Shown: positions 39,663 to 49,665 of the stretch, piece by piece | Numbering within the stretch: the stretch's first letter is position 1 | Layout: every line of letters begins with the position of its first letter | Virus record (IMG/VR): IMGVR_UViG_3300033143_000932 | Span: 1 to 55,742 of that record | Strand: one strand, 5' to 3' | Length of the DNA stretch: 55,742 nucleotides | DNA from: a virus | Taxonomy: Duplodnaviria; Caudoviricetes | Program-made: the position numbers and the translations under genes | The notes under the pieces: model-generated | The model's input: only the letters and a program-made list of their open reading frames with translations | Told to the model about the DNA's origin: nothing | Databases searched by the model: none

Positions 39663-41263
39663 CCGCAGTCAGTATCACAAGTTACACAATATTCTTCAAA
39701 TCTATCTAACAATAATTTATGATTGTATAGTTCATCTAACTTATTAGGTGAAATACTATCATACATGTAATTAAAGTTATATTCTGCATTTAACATATTG
39801 AAGTATGTTATAGCAGTAACTATAGCAGCGTTGAAATCATAATATATAGCTTGTAATTTAAATTTATCACAAGTCTCATCTGTATTACAATCGCATATTA
39901 TATTACTAATTTTACTTAATATACAAGTTTGCATTGCACAATAGTTAAATACTAAGTATATAAAAGTTTCTCCACCTCTAATTACTTTGTATTCATATAC
40001 TCCATCTGTTGTATGAACTATATCTTGTGTACTTAGCGTTGGTATTACATAAGTACTCTCTAATACAAATACTTTATTTTCATCTAACTTTGAAACTTCT
40101 AATGTAATATCTTCAAATGCTCTATTTACAACAGTGTAAGAACTACAATCTGTTTTTTGTACTTCATACCAATGACAATTTTTTATTTGAGTATTCTTAA
40201 AACACTCATAGATATCAGTTGCCCCTACTATAACTTTTAATACGAAATCTCCTACATCAGGAATTACGAAATCAGTAAACTCATATAGTAAGAAATCATA
40301 TGTATAAGGTAAAGGATTAATATTAAAGCTATAGCTTTGTTGACTAATCTCTGTACCTGTAAAATCAATTAATTTATATTCTAACGTTTGTTCATTAAAA
40401 GGATGAACTTCGATATCATCTACAAATACTGTAGTAATATCTGTATAATCTATAAATGTAGAAGCTGTATTTTGTGATTCAATAGTTGAGTCACAATCTG
40501 TAGGACAATTTGTATTACATGATACACTAACATTAAATGTTGGTATCCATTGTCTTGAAGAAACTTCTATGAAAGCCGATATACAAGTATCTATTACAGT
40601 TAATACATTATCAACGTAATCTCTTACTACATTTGTTTGTCGTATACTAATTGTATCGTCTTCACAAATATAACCATTCCCACTAACAGGTAATGGGTCT
40701 ATTGCACTATATTCTATAGTCCCTTGAGAACTACACATATTATACATATAAACTCTATCAGTAAAAGGCTTTCTAAATGCTGTTAAAGCACTAAATGCTT
40801 TTTGTTGTTTCCCATTAACTAAGTTATCAGTTTCGTTAATAAGGAAAATATCCATTGAAGGATTATAATCTACAGGGTCACTATTCCCATTTGTCTCATT
40901 AGGATTATTTCCTAAATCATAACCATATACTTCATATGAGTTATTATAAGTCAAGTAACCTGCTTTACTAGCAATAATTCCTACAGAAGTAGAATCATGA
41001 ACGTCATCTAGTTTAATATCCATTTGAATAAAATACGTATTTACTCTTTCGATATTTTCAATAGCAATACCATTATTTGTTGTTACTGTATTAGGTAATG
41101 TATTAAATGTAGACAAATCTACTACATCAATTATATCTTCACCATCAACAACAACTTTTAAAGCAGTATTACTTACTGTAACGTTACTAGAAGCCTGACC
41201 ACATATAATGTAGTCAGGCGCACCAGTGTTATTTGGACTAAGTATTTGAAATCTTAATCTCAT
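39653..41263 (-). CDS. Cys-rich structural protein, tail hub-like
   Basis: TDGVYEY motif and C-terminal CVTCDTDCGCL; synteny. Confidence 0.55.
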   Translation of the reverse strand: MRLRFQILSPNNTGAPDYIICGQASSNVTVSNTALKVVVDGEDIIDVVDLSTFNTLPNTVTTNNGIAIENIERVNTYFIQMDIKLDDVHDSTSVGIIASKAGYLTYNNSYEVYGYDLGNNPNETNGNSDPVDYNPSMDIFLINETDNLVNGKQQKAFSALTAFRKPFTDRVYMYNMCSSQGTIEYSAIDPLPVSGNGYICEDDTISIRQTNVVRDYVDNVLTVIDTCISAFIEVSSRQWIPTFNVSVSCNTNCPTDCDSTIESQNTASTFIDYTDITTVFVDDIEVHPFNEQTLEYKLIDFTGTEISQQSYSFNINPLPYTYDFLLYEFTDFVIPDVGDFVLKVIVGATDIYECFKNTQIKNCHWYEVQKTDCSSYTVVNRAFEDITLEVSKLDENKVFVLESTYVIPTLSTQDIVHTTDGVYEYKVIRGGETFIYLVFNYCAMQTCILSKISNIICDCNTDETCDKFKLQAIYYDFNAAIVTAITYFNMLNAEYNFNYMYDSISPNKLDELYNHKLLLDRFEEYCVTCDTDCGCL

Positions 41264-41292
41264 GTTTTATTGTTTAGTTTGTAATATTATGC

Positions 41293-42270
41293 TTATGCAT
41301 CAGCACCAGATTCTTCACTACCTCCAGCAGTTCCGAACACACTTGTTTGAACAACGATTAAAGCAGCTTGTCCAGCAGTTCCATCAGGAGAAGCTATAAC
41401 AAGTGTTTTATTAACAGATGCTTTATCTACGATTGGATCACCTTTAACATTAGTCCAAGCCATATTCCATAAATCATATGTTCCACCAGAAGCAGTCTTA
41501 GGTGCTTTACTGAAGTACTTACCTGCCAAGTATAATTTAGAAGTATTACCTTCTCCTGCACTAAACTCTTCTTCAATAGCAGCTACTTGGTCAGCAGTTC
41601 CACTTCCAAACTCAATAGCAACAGAGTTACCTGTACCATTATATTGTTTAGTAGCATCAATCATAATATCATCAGTAGTTACTTCAAAAGTCTTACCGAA
41701 TTCTTTAGCAGTTAATGTAATACCTACACCAGCACCTACTTTAGCAGCAATCATTGGTGATTTAGAATTACCATTAATTTTAGCAACTAAACCATCAATA
41801 ATAGTTTGATTAGTATCACCTGCTGTAACATAATGCTCATATCTAAACTTCTCAAGTCCTAACTCAATTGTTGGGTCTTTTTCAATAATTCTCATACTAG
41901 CAATTGTACCTGCTATTAGAGTACCTGGAAAGTTTAATGCTCCAGTAGATAAATCATTACCAACAGTAACAACTTCTTTAACAGGTGCTAAGTATGCAGC
42001 CGCATCCAATCTAGCACTTGCTCTAGGAATCATTTGTGAAATTATAGCACCTTCTGTAGTATCTTTACCACCAAGTACATAATATACTTTTTTAACATCA
42101 ACTAAAAGAGCATCTACCGCAGCAGCTAGTCCAATTAGTAATGTACCATCTTCAGTGAATACTGCCAAAGCACCATCATCAAGTTGGTCGATTTCATTTA
42201 AATCTGCAATTACACCACCACCTACTTTGGCAGCATATGCAATATCTTTTCCAATTAATATTTGTCTCAT
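41293..42270 (-). CDS. Auxiliary capsid (decoration) protein
   Basis: Ala/Gly-rich beta protein with a LVAKIN...ITLTAK motif, three genes downstream of the major capsid gene. Confidence 0.65.
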   Translation of the reverse strand: MRQILIGKDIAYAAKVGGGVIADLNEIDQLDDGALAVFTEDGTLLIGLAAAVDALLVDVKKVYYVLGGKDTTEGAIISQMIPRASARLDAAAYLAPVKEVVTVGNDLSTGALNFPGTLIAGTIASMRIIEKDPTIELGLEKFRYEHYVTAGDTNQTIIDGLVAKINGNSKSPMIAAKVGAGVGITLTAKEFGKTFEVTTDDIMIDATKQYNGTGNSVAIEFGSGTADQVAAIEEEFSAGEGNTSKLYLAGKYFSKAPKTASGGTYDLWNMAWTNVKGDPIVDKASVNKTLVIASPDGTAGQAALIVVQTSVFGTAGGSEESGADA

Positions 42271-42302
42271 TTCAAATTGTTTTTAATTATTAGATTGTTT
42301 AA

Positions 42303-43376
42303 TTATTCCTTAATCAAGTTTTCATTTATTATATTACGATACCCTACATCATTTATTCTAGCTTTTATCAGTTGAACTGCTTCGTCTACAATTTCCTCAT
42401 GTAAGGCTTCATTTAAACTACAACTTTGATTTAAAGATAGCGAAATAAGTCGAGGTTTCCTAATATATTCAACATGTAGCCTATTAAATATAAACCTTTC
42501 GTTGTGGAAGAGGTTCAAAATCTTCTTTGACCTAGTAGTTAAAGGAGAACTATATTTAGTAGTTCCAAAAGAATGATTCATTAAATGTCTTAAATCATCT
42601 GTTTTAACAAGTCTATGAGGATATTTCTTTAATACTGGCGTATTAGTTGAATAAGTAGTGAAAGTTAAATCACTAAAATTATATACTTCAACATTTCCTA
42701 CTTGTAAAGTAGCGGTTATATTTAAAGCACCTTGTGTATCAGTTACAAATATAAATGAATTAGGATAGTATTTACCATTATAGTTTTCCCATCTAACTTC
42801 TAATCCATCTATTCTATTTACAATTTCTTTAACATGTGCTACAATATAAAACCTTTCTTCGTTATCTTTTAATCCACCACCTACTGTTGCATTTTCAGTA
42901 AATGCGTAATCTTGCATATCGAATATTGTAACAAGTCCTGTACCATCATCATAAGCTAAATTATATTCTTCATATAATTTTGTAAGGTCTTCTTTAAAAG
43001 GGACTACACTAATTTTCTTAGTAGTAGTCCCTTCAGTTTTTGTTATACCGTTACAATCATATATTACTTCACTAGTGTTATCTAGTAATATAAAATGGTC
43101 TTGTGGTAATAATGCAAACATTGTCTCACTATCCTTCTTATATACAGGGAGAGATGCAGTTTCAATTAGGTCTTCAATATCTTCATACCTTTTTACAGTA
43201 TCTTGTAAACCATCTTTCTTTGGATTTGATTTTCTACTAGAACGATTTTTTATGTGTCTTAATTGAATTTCATTTAAAACCCAATCTTTTTCTTCTGGTC
43301 CAAAATCTTCTAGTTTCTCGGAGTTCATCTTTTGTAGTCCGATATCAATTCCAATATGCATTTCTCTTACTAACAT
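42303..43376 (-). CDS. Head-tail ring protein
   Basis: MH..ID..LQK..S.....F.PEEKDWVLN at the N-terminus; YIRKP..ISL....SC.L....HEEIVDEAV at the C-terminus. Confidence 0.75.
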   Translation of the reverse strand: MLVREMHIGIDIGLQKMNSEKLEDFGPEEKDWVLNEIQLRHIKNRSSRKSNPKKDGLQDTVKRYEDIEDLIETASLPVYKKDSETMFALLPQDHFILLDNTSEVIYDCNGITKTEGTTTKKISVVPFKEDLTKLYEEYNLAYDDGTGLVTIFDMQDYAFTENATVGGGLKDNEERFYIVAHVKEIVNRIDGLEVRWENYNGKYYPNSFIFVTDTQGALNITATLQVGNVEVYNFSDLTFTTYSTNTPVLKKYPHRLVKTDDLRHLMNHSFGTTKYSSPLTTRSKKILNLFHNERFIFNRLHVEYIRKPRLISLSLNQSCSLNEALHEEIVDEAVQLIKARINDVGYRNIINENLIKE

Positions 43377-43385
43377 ATAAGTGTT

Positions 43386-44309
43386 TTAAGCGGTTGTTTC
43401 TTCTTCTTTCTTTTCTGTATTTTCAGCATTTTCAGAAGTAACAGTTTCACTATCATTACTAGCTACAGTTTTATCAACACCTTTGTTAGACATATGTTCA
43501 AGTCCAGCACGTAATTGATTATAAATAGCAGTATTTTTCTGATTATTGAAATAAGCTACTGCTTCTTCCATTGTGTTACCTACAACGCTATCTTCATACA
43601 TAATAGTTTGTGTATTAGGAATACGTTTAAGTTTTTGCTTGAATATACAATCTTCAATAAATCCTTTTATTTCTAATGATTTATCGGTAGTAATTTCTAC
43701 GAACTTATGAACATATTGTTCATCTGTAGCGTATGTATCAATAGCAAGTTCTTTTTCTTTTAAACTTAATTTATCTGCATCAATACCGAATAATCTAAGA
43801 ACCATATCTATTTTAGATTCGTTCTCTAGTAATTTTATCATTTCATTAAATGCTTTCTTCTTAACTTTAAGCATTAGATGTTTAGTATTAACTTCTTCGT
43901 CTTTACTATAAAGATAAAATCTAATTTTTGGACTATTGTTAACTGTACTAATATCATTAGCAACTCTACCATATACTAAACAGTATTTCCAAATAATCCA
44001 ATCATGGATATTAATAGGTAATTTGTTCTCACCTATTCCAATTTCTAATTTAAGACCAACTTCGTCATTTGGTACAGATTTTGAAATATTAGCCCAATAC
44101 TCTCTTACTGCTTTATTCCAGCCTTGATTTTGTGGGTCAATTCCTAAAACATTTGGTAAATGTTTTTTCTCTTCTTCAAAAGTAAGACCACTTAGAGGTG
44201 CTTGTCCTTTTAATGATGAACCTATTTTCATAACAGAATCTTGGTCTTGTGAACCAGGTAATTCATCAGTTCTTTTCTTTCTTCTTACGTATATTATTAT
44301 ACTACTCAT
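43386..44309 (-). CDS. Conserved crAss-like protein downstream of the major capsid gene
   Basis: KIGSS, GLTFEEEK..LP.VLGIDP, YWAN, PINIHDWI..KYCL, KIRFYLY; synteny. Confidence 0.7.
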   Translation of the reverse strand: MSSIIIYVRRKKRTDELPGSQDQDSVMKIGSSLKGQAPLSGLTFEEEKKHLPNVLGIDPQNQGWNKAVREYWANISKSVPNDEVGLKLEIGIGENKLPINIHDWIIWKYCLVYGRVANDISTVNNSPKIRFYLYSKDEEVNTKHLMLKVKKKAFNEMIKLLENESKIDMVLRLFGIDADKLSLKEKELAIDTYATDEQYVHKFVEITTDKSLEIKGFIEDCIFKQKLKRIPNTQTIMYEDSVVGNTMEEAVAYFNNQKNTAIYNQLRAGLEHMSNKGVDKTVASNDSETVTSENAENTEKKEEETTA

Positions 44310-44332
44310 AATTGTATTTATTTTATTGTTTA

Positions 44333-44358
44333 ATGGAGGAACTTAATTGTTCCCCCAT
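44333..44358 (-). terminator. Stem-loop downstream of the capsid gene (weak terminator or mRNA stabiliser)
   Basis: ATGGGGGAAC-AATTAA-GTTCCTCCAT on the - strand (one G-U pair); no U tract. Confidence 0.55.
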
Positions 44359-44391
44359 ACATTATAATTTACAGTTGTTGTTATGTTCTAT

Positions 44392-45864
44392 TTAAGATAA
44401 GTCACAGTTCAACTCGAAACAGTGTGTATTTCTTCTAATACAGATACCTTTAGAAGATAAGAAGTGTACACTTGACTTATCTTGTTCAGTAGCTATGTTT
44501 CTTTGGTTGTTACCTGCAAAGTCAATCGGTGCTTTAGCCATACCTTGAAGTACACCTGTTACCATTGCTCTACCTTTTTGTGAAACCATTTGTACGTTAG
44601 CTTCTCCGTCATACATAGATTGGTCTAAGAATACCATTCTATAAGACTCCATAGATTTACCTGTTACAGGATGCTTAGGAGCAACTTCTGCTCTAGCTCC
44701 TTGGTCAAATAAAGGAATCTTTTTAACAGTTACTGTATGACCATCTACGTGCTCATAAGTAGTAAAGTATCCACCGTATACTAAGTTTCTACCTTTACCA
44801 GCAACAAATTTATCACCTACATTAGAATTTGCAACCATAGAGAAACCACTACCTTCGGCTTTCATTGCATTATCAAATTCTTCAGCACCACCTTCCCCTG
44901 TATAAAGAGTAACTTGCATAGTTTGTGTATCGGTAGCACCATACATTACATCTGCAACAGTTGTCTTAATCTTTTTAGCAGTAAGGAAAGAATAAGTATC
45001 TTTATTTGGTATTTGGTCTAATACACCTGCTCCAATTGGAATTGGTAAACCGGTATCAGGGTCTTTCAATGGAATACTACCATCAGCTCTTCTATTATAA
45101 GTAGAATACCAGTAGTGTTCTTCACATGATTGTTTGTAAGTTAACATATGTTGCCATCTCTCGAAGTCAATCCAATATGAAGTCTTTTTCCCTTCTACAT
45201 TAAACTGTACTTCTACAGTCTTGTTAGCAAGGTTACCTCCAATATGATAACTCTTACGAAGAATACTAATTTGATTCTTCATTTTTCCAGGCATTACAAC
45301 ATTACTTTCGTTACCCATAGACATAGATTCAGAAACAGATGCTCCACCAATCATTACCCATTTCATCCCTGCTAACAGTTCAGTTGGAGGACAGAATACA
45401 GTAGCATCTCCTGTAGTAAGTTGTAAAGTATATACGTAGTGTAATCCTACTTGTACTGGTTTCCCTTGTACACGAGCAGATACTCCGTTAACTGATTCAA
45501 TAGTATGTTGATTCTTTAGCCAGTTAGTTTTAAAAGTAACTTGGAAATAACTGTTGTTAAGTCCAGGCTTATCTGCACCACTATATGCAGAAGAAATTAC
45601 TTCATCAGTGTTTTTAAGTTTTCTAAATGTATCCCAATCATATTGGATATCATTTATTTCAATTGTTCTATAACCACCTTTTTGACCTTCCGTTAAAAAC
45701 GATAAAGGAAAACGGTTATCTTCTCTACCCGCTAAATGCGTGATAACAGGATTAATAGTATCTGGCTTTGTCAATAAAGCATTAGATAAACTATTCTCAT
45801 TTGTAAAGCCTTTACCATCGAATGAATCGTGATATAAAACTTGTGCTTGATTTTGTGCTGACAT
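44392..45864 (-). CDS. Major capsid protein
   Basis: FTNENSL, FPLSFLTEG, MKNQISILRKS, IPIGAGVLDQI, LYTGEGG.EEF, HVDGH and HPVTG..MESYRMVFLD motifs of crAss-like MCPs; follows portal and scaffold. Confidence 0.9.
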   Translation of the reverse strand: MSAQNQAQVLYHDSFDGKGFTNENSLSNALLTKPDTINPVITHLAGREDNRFPLSFLTEGQKGGYRTIEINDIQYDWDTFRKLKNTDEVISSAYSGADKPGLNNSYFQVTFKTNWLKNQHTIESVNGVSARVQGKPVQVGLHYVYTLQLTTGDATVFCPPTELLAGMKWVMIGGASVSESMSMGNESNVVMPGKMKNQISILRKSYHIGGNLANKTVEVQFNVEGKKTSYWIDFERWQHMLTYKQSCEEHYWYSTYNRRADGSIPLKDPDTGLPIPIGAGVLDQIPNKDTYSFLTAKKIKTTVADVMYGATDTQTMQVTLYTGEGGAEEFDNAMKAEGSGFSMVANSNVGDKFVAGKGRNLVYGGYFTTYEHVDGHTVTVKKIPLFDQGARAEVAPKHPVTGKSMESYRMVFLDQSMYDGEANVQMVSQKGRAMVTGVLQGMAKAPIDFAGNNQRNIATEQDKSSVHFLSSKGICIRRNTHCFELNCDLS

Positions 45865-45899
45865 TTTTTTTGTTTTTAAGTTAAATTATTAAGTTTTTT

Positions 45900-47246
45900 C
45901 TACGGTAACATATTATCAAGACTAATATCAACTTCATTGGGATTAACATAAGGTGCTTCGGGTTTTTTATGTTCACCTACTTGTTTTTGAGATTGAGTAA
46001 ATCTATCTCTAATAGAAGCAACTCTTTGTTCTCCTGACATGGCTTTTACCATATCTGTAAGTGTATAACCTTTGTACCTATAGTAAGACATCATTAACCT
46101 AGTTTCTAAATCTTCTTTAGAAGCATCAATCATATCTCTACTATTACCTTTACCATCAACATCTAAAGAGATATAACTATAAAAATCTTGTACATCTGCT
46201 TGTGGTATTTTAATATCTTTTAAAGTACCATTGTCAATAGTGGATTTTACATTGTCCCAATGTTTTTTTGCATTATCTTGAGCAGTCACTCTCTTTTGTT
46301 CTATTTGCCTATTTCTTTCTGCTGTTGCGGCTTTACCTATTTCATTTAGTTCTTTTTGTGATGTAATAGACTCATCGAATAACTTTCCTCCTGTTTCTAA
46401 CATAGTAACAAAATCAGCAGCTTTCTCATCACTAAAACCTTTAGCTTTAAGAGCTTCACTAACAACTTGTTTCTGTAGAGCAATATTATCCTTTTTAATC
46501 TCAACATCTTCAAAAGATGTAGCACTATTAAAGAAATCTTCTCTAGTCCCACCTAACTCTAAATGATTAAAGAAATCTTTAACATCAGAATAAGCATCTA
46601 AAAATTCATCAATTTGTTTCTCAGCTATTACACTAGAAACATCATTAACATACTGACCCAACCCTTTAGTTGAATCCTCGTACTCTCTCGGTTTACCGTT
46701 TTCGTCTTTTAACTCATAACCTAACATTGTACTTAATTCCTGTACAACAGGAACTACTTCATTTGATAACTCTGATTCAAATTCTTCAAACTTTTTAATA
46801 ATGTTTCCTTCGGCATCTAAAATGTTACCTTCTCCATCATATGACGTACCTTTGTACTTCTCTAATAAAGTAGTTTTAATTTCAGCGAATTCATCATCAC
46901 CATTTCCACCTTCTGCTTCTGCTAATCTTTTAGCTTCATCTTCAGCTTTCATTGCTGTTATTTCCTCATCAGTTTTACCTGCGAATCTTTCAGCATCAAT
47001 AGCATCTTGTTTAGCTTTAGCTTCTGCTTCTTGTACTTTAGTAGCTTCTTGTGCTTTAGCAGCTGCTATCTCTTCTGGCGTTCCAGTCGGTTCATCACCT
47101 CCTGTTCCACCTTCGGGGATAACATCTTCTCCTAATGCTGTACCACTTAATACACTATCTAGTGGGTCGTTTCTAAAAACTGTACCTACAGTTACCATGC
47201 TCATTGGCTTAGTTATTGCCTTAATTGAGTTTTCATTTATCTTCAT
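45900..47246 (-). CDS. Capsid scaffolding-like protein
   Basis: Acidic low-complexity N-terminus and helical body, between portal and major capsid genes. Confidence 0.7.
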   Translation of the reverse strand: MKINENSIKAITKPMSMVTVGTVFRNDPLDSVLSGTALGEDVIPEGGTGGDEPTGTPEEIAAAKAQEATKVQEAEAKAKQDAIDAERFAGKTDEEITAMKAEDEAKRLAEAEGGNGDDEFAEIKTTLLEKYKGTSYDGEGNILDAEGNIIKKFEEFESELSNEVVPVVQELSTMLGYELKDENGKPREYEDSTKGLGQYVNDVSSVIAEKQIDEFLDAYSDVKDFFNHLELGGTREDFFNSATSFEDVEIKKDNIALQKQVVSEALKAKGFSDEKAADFVTMLETGGKLFDESITSQKELNEIGKAATAERNRQIEQKRVTAQDNAKKHWDNVKSTIDNGTLKDIKIPQADVQDFYSYISLDVDGKGNSRDMIDASKEDLETRLMMSYYRYKGYTLTDMVKAMSGEQRVASIRDRFTQSQKQVGEHKKPEAPYVNPNEVDISLDNMLP

Positions 47247-47279
47247 ACTTACGAATTTATGTTTTATTATTTATATATA

Positions 47280-47287
47280 CAAATTTA
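47280..47287 (-). promoter_or_regulatory. Possible Bacteroidota -7 promoter element (TAAATTTG) upstream of scaffold/capsid
   Basis: Matches TAnnTTTG; downstream context resembles the promoter at 54717; no properly spaced -33 element. Confidence 0.4.
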
Positions 47288-47313
47288 TTTACTGTTTCAA
47301 ACATTTATATAGA

Positions 47314-49656
47314 CTATTTTGACTTTTCATCAAAACGGTTTTTATTCTCTTTAGCTATTCTTTCTTTACTTTCAATTTCTTGTCTTTTAACAGCTATATT
47401 ATCAGAGTGCATAGCTCTATCGAAATCTAATCTCGCGTTATCTAATCTAGCTTTTGCATGTGCTTGGAATTCATTTAAATCATTCATTCCGCTTTCATTA
47501 GGTTCTAATCCATTTTGAGTTAATATACTTTCTAATGTAACATTACCTTTCATGCGTTGTACGTCAATAGCTTTCTTGTATTCAGTATCAATTTTATACT
47601 TATCCATTTCTCTATTGATTCTATTATCTTCAACTTCCATCTGTTTGATTTTCTCAGCAGATGCTCTATTAGCTTCTTCTTGTGCTTGTTGTTGTTGTTC
47701 AAGAACAGCATCCATATCAGCTAAGTGTCCTTTTATTTGACTATAATTGCTACTATCTAATAGTTCAGCTATCACACCTGGTTTAGAACCATTTTGTGCA
47801 AATGAATGTGCATATTGTTTAAGCATATTTAATTTGTCATTTTCTTTACCATTATCTTTAACAAATACAGCATACTCACTTTCCATATGGTCAATACCAT
47901 TTACATTTAATAATGCACGTCTACCATCAGAATTTATATACATTCCTTTCTTACCGTCAATCCAAGCCATTTTAGAATAATCTAATAGACCATTTAAATC
48001 TTTCTCTTCAAATTTCTCGTATCTTCTAAATAACTCTTTAGTTATAATTGCACTTCTATAAATAGCTTGTTCTGTTGCTCCTTTTCCGTCACTCGCTTTA
48101 CTATCTCCATAACGTTGTCTATTCATTCCGACTTGCTCCCACCATTCTTGTTTAATAGCAGCCATTGCTTGTACCATTTCACCAAAGTATTTAGCAAGTC
48201 CCATATCCATTACTTTCATACCTTGCATAGCAGCTGCGGCATTTGGTGCAGATTCATCATACCAACCAATACCTGTAGCTTCTGCGTAATACATAAACTT
48301 ATCCATTGCATCTTTACCAAATTGTTTTGGTACAACACCTAATGGCATCATCATTATTTTATCTTTATTTCGAGCCATTGTCATTTCTGCTCGATACTGA
48401 TATATATTATATTTAGCTTGATACGCTAATCCTTGTTTTACAATACTATTTACTGCTTTAGTTTTGTTAAACCACATTCTACCATTATAAGGTAGTTTAC
48501 AAATAGAACTATTATTAATCTCTCCACGTTGTACTAAACAAGGTCTTCCACCTATATATAATTCTTCGTCTACTCTCCAACCTTCCCATACTTCATCTAC
48601 CCAATCCCATTCAATTGAAACATCACCTGCTTCTTTATTTAATACATAAGTATCATCGACTTCTCTTTCTCTTTCTACACCAACAACATCAACATACTTT
48701 AATATACCTACTTTTCTAAATGTTTTCCAAACAACATGATAAACAGGAACTAAACTATCAGAAAAATTATGTTCTTCTTCGTGTCTGTAATGTACGTAAC
48801 TATTTGCATTATTACTTACAGTTTCTCTTTTACTTTCTAACCAAGTAATATCTTCATCACTAAGTTCGTCTCTAAATCTATCAACAATATCATTGATATT
48901 CATTCGAGTAGCTCTAACAGCCCAATTTCCATCTTCTATAAAATCAGATTGACTACTCTTCGAGAAATGTAATTCTAAAGGAGATATTGTTTCATACTTA
49001 ACATTGTTTCTATATATCTCTTTATATGTATGTACTCTACCAGTTACCAACCAATCATAAAATCCTTGTTGGTTTTTATCCTTCATATCTAAATCATACT
49101 TTAAGTAGTTTAAGGCTTCTTGTCCTTTACTAGCTCTTTCATCAGTATAATTAGACTTATGATTATTTGTAGCTTGTTTAAAGTTAGTAGGTTCAGTACT
49201 ATCTTGTCCTGTCTCTACTCCTAGATTATTTAATTCATTGATATACTCTTGTTTTGCAAGACCAATCATTTCATCATTTAAACTCTCAGTAAACTTATTC
49301 TTTGCATCAGCATTTAAAGCGATAACTTGGTCGTTTTGTGGTAATTCACTTTTCTCACCTAAGAACGAATATATTACAGGACTAATTATATCATAGTTCC
49401 GCATCTTACTTGGATAGTTCTTTAAACTACTCTCTGGAGTATTATATGGATTAAGAACATATTTATAATGTTCTTCATCAAGATGACCTTCAGCTGCTCT
49501 ATATAATAGAACCATTTCGTTTCTATCACTATCTTCATAGTTTGTTTGGTCTATAAAGTAATCAATACTCTGTTGCCCCCATAGAGGGAATCTAGCACCT
49601 TCTTCTTTACGTACCTTTTCAGCATATGTATTCTTCTGACTTGGATAACTACTCAT
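47314..49656 (-). CDS. Portal protein
   Basis: RNYDIISP...GE, FIEDG.W, WVDEVWEG.R, CKLPYNG, GMNRQRYG and TEQAI..S motifs; directly after terminase. Confidence 0.9.
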   Translation of the reverse strand: MSSYPSQKNTYAEKVRKEEGARFPLWGQQSIDYFIDQTNYEDSDRNEMVLLYRAAEGHLDEEHYKYVLNPYNTPESSLKNYPSKMRNYDIISPVIYSFLGEKSELPQNDQVIALNADAKNKFTESLNDEMIGLAKQEYINELNNLGVETGQDSTEPTNFKQATNNHKSNYTDERASKGQEALNYLKYDLDMKDKNQQGFYDWLVTGRVHTYKEIYRNNVKYETISPLELHFSKSSQSDFIEDGNWAVRATRMNINDIVDRFRDELSDEDITWLESKRETVSNNANSYVHYRHEEEHNFSDSLVPVYHVVWKTFRKVGILKYVDVVGVEREREVDDTYVLNKEAGDVSIEWDWVDEVWEGWRVDEELYIGGRPCLVQRGEINNSSICKLPYNGRMWFNKTKAVNSIVKQGLAYQAKYNIYQYRAEMTMARNKDKIMMMPLGVVPKQFGKDAMDKFMYYAEATGIGWYDESAPNAAAAMQGMKVMDMGLAKYFGEMVQAMAAIKQEWWEQVGMNRQRYGDSKASDGKGATEQAIYRSAIITKELFRRYEKFEEKDLNGLLDYSKMAWIDGKKGMYINSDGRRALLNVNGIDHMESEYAVFVKDNGKENDKLNMLKQYAHSFAQNGSKPGVIAELLDSSNYSQIKGHLADMDAVLEQQQQAQEEANRASAEKIKQMEVEDNRINREMDKYKIDTEYKKAIDVQRMKGNVTLESILTQNGLEPNESGMNDLNEFQAHAKARLDNARLDFDRAMHSDNIAVKRQEIESKERIAKENKNRFDEKSK

Positions 49657-49665
49657 ATTATATCG

